Below, piece by piece: positions 47,765 through 57,685 of a stretch of DNA of 64,000 nt. The notes beneath the pieces were generated by a model that was not told the DNA's origin, ran no database searches, and worked only from the letters and a program-made list of their open reading frames with translations. Every line of letters begins with the position of its first letter. Position 1 is the stretch's first letter. The DNA comes from Candidatus Moraniibacteriota bacterium (GTDB lineage: Bacteria; Patescibacteriota; Minisyncoccia; Moranbacterales; UBA2206), in contig JBAQNU010000024.1 in the NCBI GenBank assembly GCA_049304095.1, positions 11,893 to 75,892 on the forward strand, written 5' to 3'. The translations under genes and the position numbers were made by a program.

Positions 47765-48801
47765 AAATTGCAATAGTAGCGCCATTTGAGGAAAGAGTTC
47801 CTCCGCATAAATATGGCGGAACGGAACTTGTCGTCTATAATTTAACGGAACAGCTGGTTAAGATGGGTCACGACGTCATTCTTCTTGCGACTGGTGATTC
47901 ACAAACAAGCGCCAAGCTGGAAATTATTTTCAAGAGATCACTTCGAAGCATTCCCGATCTTACGGATATGAAATTAAGAGAAGCTTACAAATTTATGGGA
48001 ATAGGAAAAGTGGTTACATATTTGAATGAAAATGATTTCGATATTGTCCATAATCATATCGGTTGGCGACTGCTTCCCTTTGAAAAAATTATCAAATGTC
48101 CGATAGTCACGACTCTTCACGGACCTCTGGATGTTCCTTATCAGCAGAAAGTTTATGGTGAATTCAGCCAGTCGAATTACATAAGCATCAGTATGAACCA
48201 AAGAAAACCGATGCCGGGACTCAATTTCGTGGCCAATGCTTACAATGGTCTGGATATGGAAAAATTCAGGCAAAATTACAAGCCAAAAGATTACTTCGCA
48301 TTTCTTGGCAGGATGTCTCCGGAAAAGGGGCCGGTTCAGGCTATAGAAGTGGCAAAAAAAGCGGGGGTAAAACTAATTATGGCAGCTAAAGTTGATCTGG
48401 TTGATGAGGAATATTTTAAGAAAGAAGTAGAGCCATTGATTGATGACGATCAGATTAAATTTATCGGGGAAGTTGACCATGAAGAAAAAGTGGAATTACT
48501 TGGAAACGCCAAGGCCTTGATTGCTCCGATTCAATGGGAAGAACCTTTCGGTTTGTTTTTTACCGAAGCAATGGCTTGCGGGGCGCCTGTATTTGCAATG
48601 AGACGAGGATCCGTTCCGGAAATAATAGTAGACAAGAAAACCGGATTTATTTGTGACAGCGTGGATGAAATGGTGGAGAAGATAAAAAGAGTTGATGAAA
48701 TTGACAGAAAGGATTGCTTCGAACATGTTAAGAAAAATTTTTCTTCGGAAAAAATGACGAAAGATTACATTAAGGCTTACGAAAAGGTAATGAAAAAATA
48801 A
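47761..48801 (+). CDS. Glycosyltransferase family 4
   Basis: EEPFGLFFTEAMACGAPV; 4-nt overlap with the upstream GT4. Confidence 0.75.
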   Translation: MKIAIVAPFEERVPPHKYGGTELVVYNLTEQLVKMGHDVILLATGDSQTSAKLEIIFKRSLRSIPDLTDMKLREAYKFMGIGKVVTYLNENDFDIVHNHIGWRLLPFEKIIKCPIVTTLHGPLDVPYQQKVYGEFSQSNYISISMNQRKPMPGLNFVANAYNGLDMEKFRQNYKPKDYFAFLGRMSPEKGPVQAIEVAKKAGVKLIMAAKVDLVDEEYFKKEVEPLIDDDQIKFIGEVDHEEKVELLGNAKALIAPIQWEEPFGLFFTEAMACGAPVFAMRRGSVPEIIVDKKTGFICDSVDEMVEKIKRVDEIDRKDCFEHVKKNFSSEKMTKDYIKAYEKVMKK

Positions 48802-48822
48802 CGCCTATAAGCAAGCTACTTT

Positions 48823-50016
48823 ATGTTTAACTTCAAAAAAAGATATTCAGGCATAAGCCGAAATGTGGTTATTCTTGGAGTTGTCAGTTTGCTGACGGAT
48901 CTTTCTGGGCAGATGGTTTTTCCATTGCTCCCTCTTTATATTACCTCAGTTTTGGGTGGCGGAGCGGTAGCTGTTGGCCTGGTTGAAGGAGCGGCCGAAG
49001 CGGCCGCCTCGCTTTTAAAAGTCGTTTCCGGCTATTGGTCGGATAAAATAAAAAGCAGGAAACCGTTTGTTTTTTTTGGCTATACCCTTTCGGCTATAAT
49101 GAAGCCGGTCCTGGCTTTTTCCGGCAGTTGGTTTTCCGTGCTACTCATCCGAATATTAGACCGAGTAGGAAAAGGTTTGCGTGACGCGCCACGCGACGCT
49201 ATTATTGCCGAATCTAATAATCAGGCAACATTAGGCAAGGCTTACGGATTCAACCGGGCGTTGGATGGGCTGGGTTCAGTTGGCGGATCAGTATTGGCAT
49301 TTTTGCTGCTTCCGGTTTTTGGTTTTGTAAACTTATTTAAGCTAGCCATTATTCCCGGTTTAGTTTCGGTGGGGGTGATTTCTTTGGTAAAAGAACCGGA
49401 AAGAATTAAAAAAGTTGAGAAAAAAATTTCCTTGAAAGTAGGATTTGGCGAATTGACGCGCGAGTTAAAAATATTTATTCTGGTTGCGACAATTTTTACA
49501 CTGGGAAATTACAGCTATGCTTTTTTGATGCTTCGGGCGAAGGCGGACGGACTGGGAGATGAAAAAACTATCATGCTTTACGCTCTTTTTTATTTAGTCT
49601 ACACCCTTTTGTCTATGAAAGCCGGATCATTGTCCGACAAATTTGGCAGAAAACCGATAATTTTGGCCGGATACGGAATGTTTACTCTCTTATCTATCGG
49701 GCTTTATTTATTTGGCGGTGTTACATTTACAATAATTTCGTTCATACTTTTCGGAATATTTTTTTCCTTGATTGATGGCACTCAGCGGGCATTCGTTTCT
49801 GATTTGTCACCGGCTCGTCTCAAGGGAACGGCTCTGGGAACTTTCCATACGTTTACCGGTTTAGCGGCTCTCCCTGCCGGATATATTGCCGGAGAACTTT
49901 GGACAAAAATAAGTCCGGAAGCGACGTTTTTGTTTGGAGCTATAATCGGGAGTGTTTCCATTTTGATTTTTTACTGTTCACTGAGCAATTGTAAAATTAA
50001 TTATAATAAAGCATAA
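48823..50016 (+). CDS. MFS transporter
   Basis: About 12 predicted TM helices in the usual 6+6 MFS arrangement. Confidence 0.6.
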   Translation: MFNFKKRYSGISRNVVILGVVSLLTDLSGQMVFPLLPLYITSVLGGGAVAVGLVEGAAEAAASLLKVVSGYWSDKIKSRKPFVFFGYTLSAIMKPVLAFSGSWFSVLLIRILDRVGKGLRDAPRDAIIAESNNQATLGKAYGFNRALDGLGSVGGSVLAFLLLPVFGFVNLFKLAIIPGLVSVGVISLVKEPERIKKVEKKISLKVGFGELTRELKIFILVATIFTLGNYSYAFLMLRAKADGLGDEKTIMLYALFYLVYTLLSMKAGSLSDKFGRKPIILAGYGMFTLLSIGLYLFGGVTFTIISFILFGIFFSLIDGTQRAFVSDLSPARLKGTALGTFHTFTGLAALPAGYIAGELWTKISPEATFLFGAIIGSVSILIFYCSLSNCKINYNKA

Positions 50017-50039
50017 AACTAATTTTCTATTAAACAAAA

Positions 50040-52493
50040 ATGAAATATAAAAATCTTACATCGGAAGAAGTTGAAAGAAATCAAATCAAGTTTGGAAAAA
50101 ATGTTTTGCCGGAAGAAAAAACCGTTCCGGCAATCAGGCTTTTTCTGGCGCAGTTTGCCAACCCTTTAGTTTATATTCTTTGTTTTGCCGCTCTAATATC
50201 TCTCTTTCTTCATAAATATTTTGATATAGCACTCATTCTCTCTGTTGTTGTTGTTAATGCTATTATGGGATTTTTTCAAGAGAATAAGACGCAAAAAACT
50301 TTGGCGGCTCTCAAAAAATTGGTAAAACCGAACGCTAAAGTTTTGCGCGACAATCAAAGACAGGATATTGAAGCGTCAGAATTGGTTCCGGGGGATGTTG
50401 TTTTTCTCGCTGTCGGAGATAAGATTCCGGCTGATGGAAAAATTTTAGAATCAATCTCTTTTCTGATTAATGAAGCTATCTTAACCGGTGAAAGTGAGGC
50501 GGTGGAAAAAAAAGAAGGGGAAGAAGCTTATATGGGAACGATTGTTTCTTCCGGCCGGGCGGTAATGCAAGTGACGAATATTGGCATCGCGACAAAAATC
50601 GGAGAAATTGCCGAAACCCTGAAAGATACGCAGCAGCCGATAACCACTCTCCAAATCCGTTTGAAAAAATTGACCCAAAATTTAATTTACATTTCAATTT
50701 TCTTGGCGGTCTTGGTATTTATTTTTGGTTTTGCAACCGGCCGGGATTTTTGGCAGATGGCCGAACTTTCCGCCATTCTTTTGGTGGCGATTATTCCCGA
50801 AGCCTTGCTTATTGTTATTACTTTGGTATTGGTGCTGGCAATGCGTGACAGCCTGAAAAGAAAAGCGCTTATCAGGAAAATTTTAGCGGTGGAAACTTTG
50901 GGATCGGTTACGACAATTTGCACGGATAAAACCGGCACGCTCACAGAAGGAAAAATGAAGATTGTTGAAACTGATTTTTCCGACCAAGAGAATAGTTTTT
51001 TGGCAATGTGTCTTTGCAATGACAGGAGTGATACTGTGGAAATTGCGCTTTGGGATTATCTGGATGGGTTAAAAGATTTTGACCAGCAAGAAAATTTTGA
51101 TAAATATAACAGAGTTTTTGAAATTCCTTTCGGCAGTGAGCATAAATTTATGCTTACAGCCAATCATCTTTCAGATGGCAGCGGCAATCATTTTATAGCC
51201 ATCAAAGGAGCGCCGGAAGTTATTTTGAAAATGTCTAATTTGAGCGAGGAAGATAAGAAAATAATAACATCCAAAATTCACAGATGGGCAGAAAAAGGAC
51301 TAAAGGTGCTGGCATTGGCTCACAAAAAAATATCGCAGGAGGAGATAGAGGAAATAAAAAACAAAAAAATATCCGGATTTGAGTGGAGTGGAATAGTTGG
51401 TCTTTGGGATCCGCCGCGAAAAGAAGTGAAAGAAACGCTGGCGATCGCCAGGGAATCGGGGCTAAAGATAAAGGTGGTGACTGGTGATTACCACCGCACG
51501 GCAGTAAAAATTATGGAATCCTTGGGAATGAAGGTTTCGTCCGGCGAGATTTTAAAAGGAAGCGAATTGGAAGAATTAAGCGATGAAGAATTAAAAAATA
51601 AAATTACCAACATTTTGTTATTTGCCAGGGTAACTCCGGAGCAAAAACTGAGGATAGTTACCGCTCTTCAGGAACTGGGAGAAATTGTGGCTATGACCGG
51701 AGATGGCGTAAATGATGCGCCAGCGCTCAAAAAATCCAACATTGGAATAGTAGTGGGAGATGCTTCGGAGGTAGCTAAGGAAACCGCCGATCTTATACTT
51801 CTGGACAATAATTTCAAAACGATTATTTCCGCAATTGAAGCCGGAAGGTTGGTCTTTGAAAATATCAAAAAGATAATCTTGTTCATCCTTTCCAATTCTT
51901 TTGCGGAAGTAGTGGTTATTATGGGTGCTTTGATTTTAGACTGGCCGTTTCCTCTTACAATCGTTCAAATCCTGTGGCTCCATCTTCTGTGCGACGGGCC
52001 GGAGGATTTTATTCTGGGTTTCGAACCAAAAGAAAAAGAAACAATGCTTGATGGACCCAAAAGAATGGACGAACCGATTTTTGGAAAGCTCAGTATTTTT
52101 TTGACTGTAGCAATATCTCTTCTCTCCGGCCTTATCTCTCTCGGCTTTTTCTGGTACTTCGGTTTATATCAAGGGAATGTAGCTCTTGGTCAGACAATGG
52201 CTTTTATGTCGCTGGCTTTCAGCTCTGTTGTTTATATTTTTTCCTGCCGGACGCTTCGCAAACCGTTTTGGAAATATGAAAATTTTTGGTCCAATAAATG
52301 GCTTTTTGCGGTTGTGATTTTTAGTTTATTTTTAGCTACTATTATCACGTATTTTCCTCCGACCCAAAAACTTCTAAATCTGATTCCCTTGAATTTATTC
52401 CAATGGAGTTTGCTGGTGGCAAAAGCAGTATTGCTGGTTTTGGTTATTGAAATAGGAAAGTTAACGATGAAGCCAAAAAATAAAAAGAGTTGA
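50040..52493 (+). CDS. P-type cation-transporting ATPase (type II, Ca2+/Mg2+-like)
   Basis: DKTGTLT phosphorylation motif, TGES actuator motif and GDGVNDAPAL. Confidence 0.85.
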   Translation: MKYKNLTSEEVERNQIKFGKNVLPEEKTVPAIRLFLAQFANPLVYILCFAALISLFLHKYFDIALILSVVVVNAIMGFFQENKTQKTLAALKKLVKPNAKVLRDNQRQDIEASELVPGDVVFLAVGDKIPADGKILESISFLINEAILTGESEAVEKKEGEEAYMGTIVSSGRAVMQVTNIGIATKIGEIAETLKDTQQPITTLQIRLKKLTQNLIYISIFLAVLVFIFGFATGRDFWQMAELSAILLVAIIPEALLIVITLVLVLAMRDSLKRKALIRKILAVETLGSVTTICTDKTGTLTEGKMKIVETDFSDQENSFLAMCLCNDRSDTVEIALWDYLDGLKDFDQQENFDKYNRVFEIPFGSEHKFMLTANHLSDGSGNHFIAIKGAPEVILKMSNLSEEDKKIITSKIHRWAEKGLKVLALAHKKISQEEIEEIKNKKISGFEWSGIVGLWDPPRKEVKETLAIARESGLKIKVVTGDYHRTAVKIMESLGMKVSSGEILKGSELEELSDEELKNKITNILLFARVTPEQKLRIVTALQELGEIVAMTGDGVNDAPALKKSNIGIVVGDASEVAKETADLILLDNNFKTIISAIEAGRLVFENIKKIILFILSNSFAEVVVIMGALILDWPFPLTIVQILWLHLLCDGPEDFILGFEPKEKETMLDGPKRMDEPIFGKLSIFLTVAISLLSGLISLGFFWYFGLYQGNVALGQTMAFMSLAFSSVVYIFSCRTLRKPFWKYENFWSNKWLFAVVIFSLFLATIITYFPPTQKLLNLIPLNLFQWSLLVAKAVLLVLVIEIGKLTMKPKNKKS

Positions 52494-52600
52494 TGGAATT
52501 GACAGAAAAAATTATTTTAAACATGTTAGGAAATTTTTCTTCGGAAAAAATGACGAGAAATTATGTCAATGCTTTTGAGGAAGTTATAATTGAACAATAA
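52484..52600 (+). pseudogene. Frameshifted remnant of a GT4 glycosyltransferase C-terminus
   Basis: About 70% nucleotide identity to 48691..48801 (KRVDGIDRK.. / ..TRNYVNAFEEVIIEQ versus KRVDEIDRK..TKDYIKAYEKVMKK). A 1-nt deletion shifts the frame. The ATPase stop codon lies inside it. Confidence 0.5.
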
Positions 52601-52626
52601 ACTTTGACAAGTAAAAAAATATAGAT

Positions 52627-53238
52627 ATGGAATCGAAAATAAAGAAAATTCTTGAAAGAATAGATTTGCTAAATGAAGCGTTAAGAAAAGAATATTCGCA
52701 GCTTGGGAAAAAATACGGATTTCTGATAAAACAGCGGAAGGTTATATTTTTAGAAAAAATCAGGGAAAGAAACAAAAAACTTCGCATACCTGCTTGGAAA
52801 TACGCTATTCCAAAAAGTATCCGTCACTTTCTTTCCATGCCCTTTATTTATATGATGATTTTCCCTGTAGTGATCCTGGACATATTCATCACTGTTTATC
52901 ATTGGGCCGCTTTTCCTCTGTATGGTATTCCGAAAGTCAAAAGAAGGGAATATATAGTTTACGACAGAAAGTTTCTTGATTATCTTAATGTTATCCAAAA
53001 AGTGAATTGTCTGTATTGCAGTTATGCAAACGGTTTCTTTGCTTATTCTTTGGAGATTGCGGCCCGGACAGAAAGATATTGGTGTCCGATTAAAGCTGCC
53101 CATAAACCGAAAGTTTATCATAATTGGTACAAGGATTTTGCCGATTACGGAAATCCCGAGGAGTGGAATCATAAATTCAACGACCAAAAAGCCTTTGAAG
53201 AATTGAAAAAAATATCTTCGGAAAAACAAAACAAATAA
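52627..53238 (+). CDS. Hypothetical protein
   Basis: ORF with one hydrophobic segment and Cys/His pairs. Confidence 0.4.
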   Translation: MESKIKKILERIDLLNEALRKEYSQLGKKYGFLIKQRKVIFLEKIRERNKKLRIPAWKYAIPKSIRHFLSMPFIYMMIFPVVILDIFITVYHWAAFPLYGIPKVKRREYIVYDRKFLDYLNVIQKVNCLYCSYANGFFAYSLEIAARTERYWCPIKAAHKPKVYHNWYKDFADYGNPEEWNHKFNDQKAFEELKKISSEKQNK

Positions 53239-53270
53239 AAACAATTTAAGCATTTCCAAAATTTGCCGAC

Positions 53271-53505
53271 AATCACCTCCTTTCTAGGGAGATATTGGTA
53301 AAATCGTAGAGCATTACACGCAAAGACACTCGGGTCAAACCAAGTGTTGTGGAATGTGGATTTTACCCGCTGGTCGTACCCGCCTCATCGGCGGAAACAG
53401 CAAAGGCCTAACAGAGCAAAATAATCTGTAGATGTAGGACTTGTACAGCTTACACATAGATTCGATTTTGGACTAATCGCAAAAGGTTGAGATATACACT
53501 TTTGG
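53271..53505 (+). ncRNA. Second copy (B2) of the conserved ~250-nt non-coding element
   Basis: Begins AATCACCTCCTTTCTAGGGAGA; see 17928..18192. Confidence 0.35.
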
Positions 53506-53898
53506 ACTTTTATCCACCGAAGCTCGTAAGGGCGTAGGATGAAATAGTAAAAGTTTGTAAAAAAAGGGAAATATGTGAAACTGAAATACCTATGCTTAGG
53601 TGTTTTTGTTTTTTATATTTCTTTTTTCTATTTTTTGGTTCTTTTTAAAAAAGGGAGATAGTAGCATGAAAAAGTTAATTTTTCGTCTGGCAATTATTGC
53701 TGGCTCGGTAGCTTTCGCTGTAGTCAATTTTGGCTATGCGTATATTCGATTATTTTAATTGATAATGCTTTGTTGAAGGGAGGTGGGGAATTGAAAGTTT
53801 TAACTTTTTGCAGGCTTGCTTGTGCGGCTGGATATTTTGTATTCGCAGTTTATGGGGCATAGCCCCAGAAAATCAACCTGACACAGCGATGTCAGAAC

Positions 53899-53931
53899 CC
53901 CCGTCTGTTTCTTGGACGGGGATTTTTTTTA
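53899..53931 (+). terminator. Strong rho-independent terminator, preceded by two further hairpins
   Basis: CCCCGTC/GACGGGG 7-bp stem followed by T8. Confidence 0.6.
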
Positions 53932-54034
53932 TGGGACAGAAGATAGGGTCTCATTTTAGCTTATACTCATTCCACTTTTTGTGCTATCATTGATGTGTGA
54001 GTAATAAAAAAGTAATTATTAACAAAAAAAACAT

Positions 54035-54433
54035 ATGCAAGGATTTAATGTCAACATCGAAAAGGACACTTTAGAAAACACTGATTTTCGTCGGGTGCTC
54101 TATACCGGAAAAAACAGTCAGCTCGTGCTCATGAGCCTGAAACCGAAAGAAGAAATTGGGATGGAGGTGCACGCAGAAAACGATCAATTCTTTCGTTTTG
54201 AAAAAGGGGAGGGAAAATGCATCATCGATGACAATGAGTATGAGCTGAAAGACGGCGTAGCGATTATTGTTCCAGCTGGTGCCCAGCACAATATCATTAA
54301 CACTTCCGAGACCCAAGATTTGAAAATGTACACAATTTATTCTCCAGCGCATCACAAAGACGGTATTGTCAGAGCCACTAAAGCCGAAGCTGAGGAAAAT
54401 GAAGCTGAGTTCGATGGTCAAACAACGGAATAG
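54035..54433 (+). CDS. Cupin-domain protein
   Basis: G(x5)HxH-like cupin motifs GMEVHAEND...PAGAQHN. Confidence 0.55.
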   Translation: MQGFNVNIEKDTLENTDFRRVLYTGKNSQLVLMSLKPKEEIGMEVHAENDQFFRFEKGEGKCIIDDNEYELKDGVAIIVPAGAQHNIINTSETQDLKMYTIYSPAHHKDGIVRATKAEAEENEAEFDGQTTE

Positions 54434-54458
54434 TTTTTCGTGGCTACGGGATAATTGT

Positions 54459-55130
54459 ATGCAAAATTTCCTCAACCAAATGTTTAAAAATATCCGGAAG
54501 ATTTTTTCTGGCTACAATTTGTTCTGGCATTTTTTAGCTATCGCGCTCACCTATATTATCGTCGCAACTGGATTTGATTGGAAGTTTTTTCTCTACGCCG
54601 TCACTGTGACTTGGCGCGCTAATTTTTATCCTGCTTTGGCGTTAGGGGGCGTTTTGCCAATTTTTCTTCCGCTAGGATTCATTTTGGTTGGTGTATTTGC
54701 GAAAAATAAAAAAGCTTTAACTGCAGGGTTAGTGGTGGCGCAAGCAGCGCTGCTTGGCGTGCTCATTTCCAGTTTCTACAAAGCCTTCACGGGAAGAATC
54801 CAACCGCCTGGACACTCGCACTCGGCAATCGTTGATAGTAGTAGCTTAGTGGATATTAGTCATCAGTTCCAGTTTGGCTTTTTGCGTCATGGCGTTTTTT
54901 GGGGCTGGCCGTCATCACACACGACCATTGCTTTTGCTATGATGATTGCTATTTGGGTCATGTTTCCCAAAAACAAAATTATCCGCTTTATCGCCCTGGC
55001 CTATGCTTTCTATATCGGCATCGCCGTGGCCATGACCAGTATTCATTGGTTTTCTGAATTTGTGGCCGGCGCCATTATTGGAACAGTGATTGGGGTGGTC
55101 GTGGGTAAATGTTTTGGAAATAAGCAGTAG
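54459..55130 (+). CDS. PAP2-like membrane phosphatase (tentative)
   Basis: PSSH (PSGH-like) and SIHW...E motifs, multi-TM. Start moved to the internal Met after the cupin stop. Confidence 0.35.
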   Translation: MQNFLNQMFKNIRKIFSGYNLFWHFLAIALTYIIVATGFDWKFFLYAVTVTWRANFYPALALGGVLPIFLPLGFILVGVFAKNKKALTAGLVVAQAALLGVLISSFYKAFTGRIQPPGHSHSAIVDSSSLVDISHQFQFGFLRHGVFWGWPSSHTTIAFAMMIAIWVMFPKNKIIRFIALAYAFYIGIAVAMTSIHWFSEFVAGAIIGTVIGVVVGKCFGNKQ

Positions 55131-55188
55131 ATAAAAAATTAAAATTTGTGCTATAATAAACTCAAATCTAATTTTTAAACTTAAAAAA

Positions 55189-56157
55189 ATGAACAGAAAC
55201 AAATTAATTGCCATTGTGGGTGGGGTAATTGTGCTGGTGCTTCTCGCGCTATTTTCAGTGATGGGCTATAGACATAAGAATAATTTGAATGGGCCAATGT
55301 CAGTCGGGGATAGTTTTGATGTCAATTCGACGGAAAGCCTGACGCCGGCTCCCATGCGTGCTCAAGCTTTGCCCGGATCTGGTGGTGGGACAATGGGCAA
55401 GATGGCCTTCGATAGTGGTGTGATGATGCAAGATAATCAGGAGGCGCCCGCAATGGAGGCGACAGATAAAAAAGTGATTAAAAATGGCGATTTGACTTTA
55501 AAAGTGGACAAGGTTGATGGGGTAATCGGGGAAATCGAAAAAATTGCCAAAGATAATGGGGGAGATTTGTTTTCTTCCAATTTTTTCCAAAATAGCCAAG
55601 CGCAAAAAAGTGGTACGCTTTCAGTCAAAGTGCCGGTGGCCAATTTTGAAAAAACTTTTAGTGAACTAAAAAAAGTGGGAAATGTTGTGGTGCGCGAATC
55701 GACTAGTGGGCAAGATGTAACGCGAGAATATCAAGATTTGGAAAGTCAAATCAAAAACAAGCAAGCGGAAGAACAGGCCTATCAAAAAATTCTCGCTCAA
55801 GCGCAAAAAGTTAGTGACATTTTGGAAGTGACTGGAGCGCTTTCCCGTGCGCGAGGAGAGATTGAGTCCTTGCAAGGCACGTTGCGCTATTTGGCAGCGC
55901 AGACGGATCTGGCCACCATCACACTCAATTTGTCAGAAGATACCAACATCACACTGTCTGATTCTTGGCGCCCGCTTCAAGTGGCCAAAAACGCTGTGCG
56001 ATCACTGCTAGTAAAAGTGCAAAACTTCGTTGACTTTATAATCATTTTCCTCATCACATTCATCCCAACCTTTTTGCTCTATCTACTCCTCGCCTGGGTG
56101 GTCTATAAACTTGGCCGAGGCATCTTCGAGAAGTTTTTCCAAAAGAAAACTGAATAA
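55189..56157 (+). CDS. Membrane-anchored hypothetical protein
   Basis: N-terminal TM, central coiled-coil region and C-terminal TM. Confidence 0.4.
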   Translation: MNRNKLIAIVGGVIVLVLLALFSVMGYRHKNNLNGPMSVGDSFDVNSTESLTPAPMRAQALPGSGGGTMGKMAFDSGVMMQDNQEAPAMEATDKKVIKNGDLTLKVDKVDGVIGEIEKIAKDNGGDLFSSNFFQNSQAQKSGTLSVKVPVANFEKTFSELKKVGNVVVRESTSGQDVTREYQDLESQIKNKQAEEQAYQKILAQAQKVSDILEVTGALSRARGEIESLQGTLRYLAAQTDLATITLNLSEDTNITLSDSWRPLQVAKNAVRSLLVKVQNFVDFIIIFLITFIPTFLLYLLLAWVVYKLGRGIFEKFFQKKTE

Positions 56158-56166
56158 TAATCTTTT

Positions 56167-56928
56167 CTATCCCCAAAGTTGCGAGATAAAAAAGTAAATC
56201 GAAAAAATAACCAACATCAGACCAAAGAGCAGTTGGATGGTATTGGATTTTGTTTCCAGATTAGTCCTTGCTCCAATGTACGCCATCGGGATAACACCAA
56301 TTGCCATGGCCGCGCTGATTCCCAAGTCAATGTGTCCCAGTTGGTAATGGATGATACAAGCCGGAATAAACATTACCAAGACAGTCACAAGAGAAGTCGC
56401 AATGGCTTCTTTTATTTTCATCTTAAAAAGCAAAACATAAGCGGGGATAAGCAAAAGTCCGCCACCGTTAGCCAGAATGCCGGAGATGCCACTAGCAACA
56501 AAAGCCACAAGGAGGATGTAGACTGCATCAACTGGTTTTTCTTTTTGGTAATTTTTATTGATTTGATTGTTGTGAAATCTTTTATAAATAAAATTCAATC
56601 CCACAAAAAACAAAATCAAAGCGCTAAGGAGCATGAGCACTAGGCCGGAAAATTTTCCAGATAAATAGGATCCAAAAATTATGCCTGGCACGCCTCCCAA
56701 AAGGCTCCATTTCAAAATATGTTTATCCACCAAATGCTCTTTCCAATAGACGGCTAGCGCAATGGCAATTGTGAGCAGCGCCGTGGGCAAGGGACTGCCC
56801 AAGGCAACATACTGAGGAACATGCAAAAAGACACGCAAAAGCGGTGTGTCAATACTACTGCCACCAATGCCAAAAAAAGCGGAGATGAAGCCAGTGATAA
56901 GACCAATAATAACTGCGCCGATAGTCAT
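56167..56928 (-). CDS. TauE/SafE (DUF81) family membrane transporter
   Basis: Two internal repeats with the G-rich motifs GIGGSSID and GGGLLLIP. Confidence 0.65.
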   Translation of the reverse strand: MTIGAVIIGLITGFISAFFGIGGSSIDTPLLRVFLHVPQYVALGSPLPTALLTIAIALAVYWKEHLVDKHILKWSLLGGVPGIIFGSYLSGKFSGLVLMLLSALILFFVGLNFIYKRFHNNQINKNYQKEKPVDAVYILLVAFVASGISGILANGGGLLLIPAYVLLFKMKIKEAIATSLVTVLVMFIPACIIHYQLGHIDLGISAAMAIGVIPMAYIGARTNLETKSNTIQLLFGLMLVIFSIYFFISQLWG

Positions 56929-57015
56929 AATTTAAAAAATATTTTTTTAAGCTAGTTTAATTCTAATCTAATCCGCTAGCAATGGCAATGTCAAATATGC
57001 CCTAGTCAGCTCTAT

Positions 57016-57381
57016 TTGATTGACAAGCGCGCTATTTTGTTGTATCCTACAAATCTCAAGAGAGTGTTTCTCTTGGGGGATGTTCTTTTAACCGGCAATA
57101 ATCAAAGGATTATCGCCCAAAATTTATTACCCCAAATAGAGGAGATTTTAGTAGTGGACTTAGCTAAATTTAAAGAAGTTTCAAAAATGAGCAGGGATGA
57201 GTTTATGGAATATATTGCTCAGCCAGATTCTGGCTTGGAACCGAAGTGGGATGGTATGTTTGATTTCGTGATTAATGAGCTAGATGATCGATCACGACGA
57301 ATACTCAAAATCATGTTTCCCAACGCGCAGTCAGATGATGATTTTGAAGAAGCATTTGAGAGGGGTCTGTTTAAAGACTAA
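57016..57381 (+). CDS. Hypothetical acidic protein; start uncertain
   Basis: The ORF as drawn overlaps a promoter-like TTGACA-17-TATCCT at 57020..57048, so the true start may be internal. Confidence 0.3.
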   Translation: MIDKRAILLYPTNLKRVFLLGDVLLTGNNQRIIAQNLLPQIEEILVVDLAKFKEVSKMSRDEFMEYIAQPDSGLEPKWDGMFDFVINELDDRSRRILKIMFPNAQSDDDFEEAFERGLFKD

Positions 57382-57442
57382 ATAGTCGCTTCTCACTACT
57401 AAAAAATTCTTGCTCGCTATCACGGGCTGATTGATACTAAAT

Positions 57443-57600
57443 AAAAAGGGAGTTATTCGCAATGCGGATAGCCCCTTTTTCTTTTGCCAAGATAGTTTGA
57501 CCGCAAGCCCAAACTATGCTACAAATTAATTCCATAGTTATTTAAAAACTGAATAGGTCTTTTTGGACTATTCCCCAGATAAACTTATAAAAAAAGGAGA
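57443..57600 (+). promoter_or_regulatory. Repeated terminator-promoter-leader cassette (copy 2)
   Basis: Conserved hairpin with loop TATTCGCAATGCGGA, then TTGACC-17-TACAAA and a conserved leader AAATAGGTCTTTTTGGACTATTC. Near-identical to 59697..59830; partial copies lie at 57020..57054 and 58925..58990. Confidence 0.45.
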
Positions 57601-57685
57601 ATGCCTGGTGGACACGAAAGCAACCTGAAAATTCCGCAAGTAGTTAACATCACTCACATCAACAAAAAGAAAAAAAGGAGTAGGT

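Noticed and set aside
52750-53259. 169-aa minus-strand ORF
   Set aside because: It is antisense to the + strand gene 52627-53238 in a region where nearly all genes are on the + strand, and has no recognisable motifs.
54071-54475. 134-aa minus-strand ORF
   Set aside because: Antisense to the cupin gene.
56179-56643. 154-aa + strand ORF
   Set aside because: It is antisense to the well-supported TauE/SafE transporter, whose two internal repeats with G-rich motifs are diagnostic.
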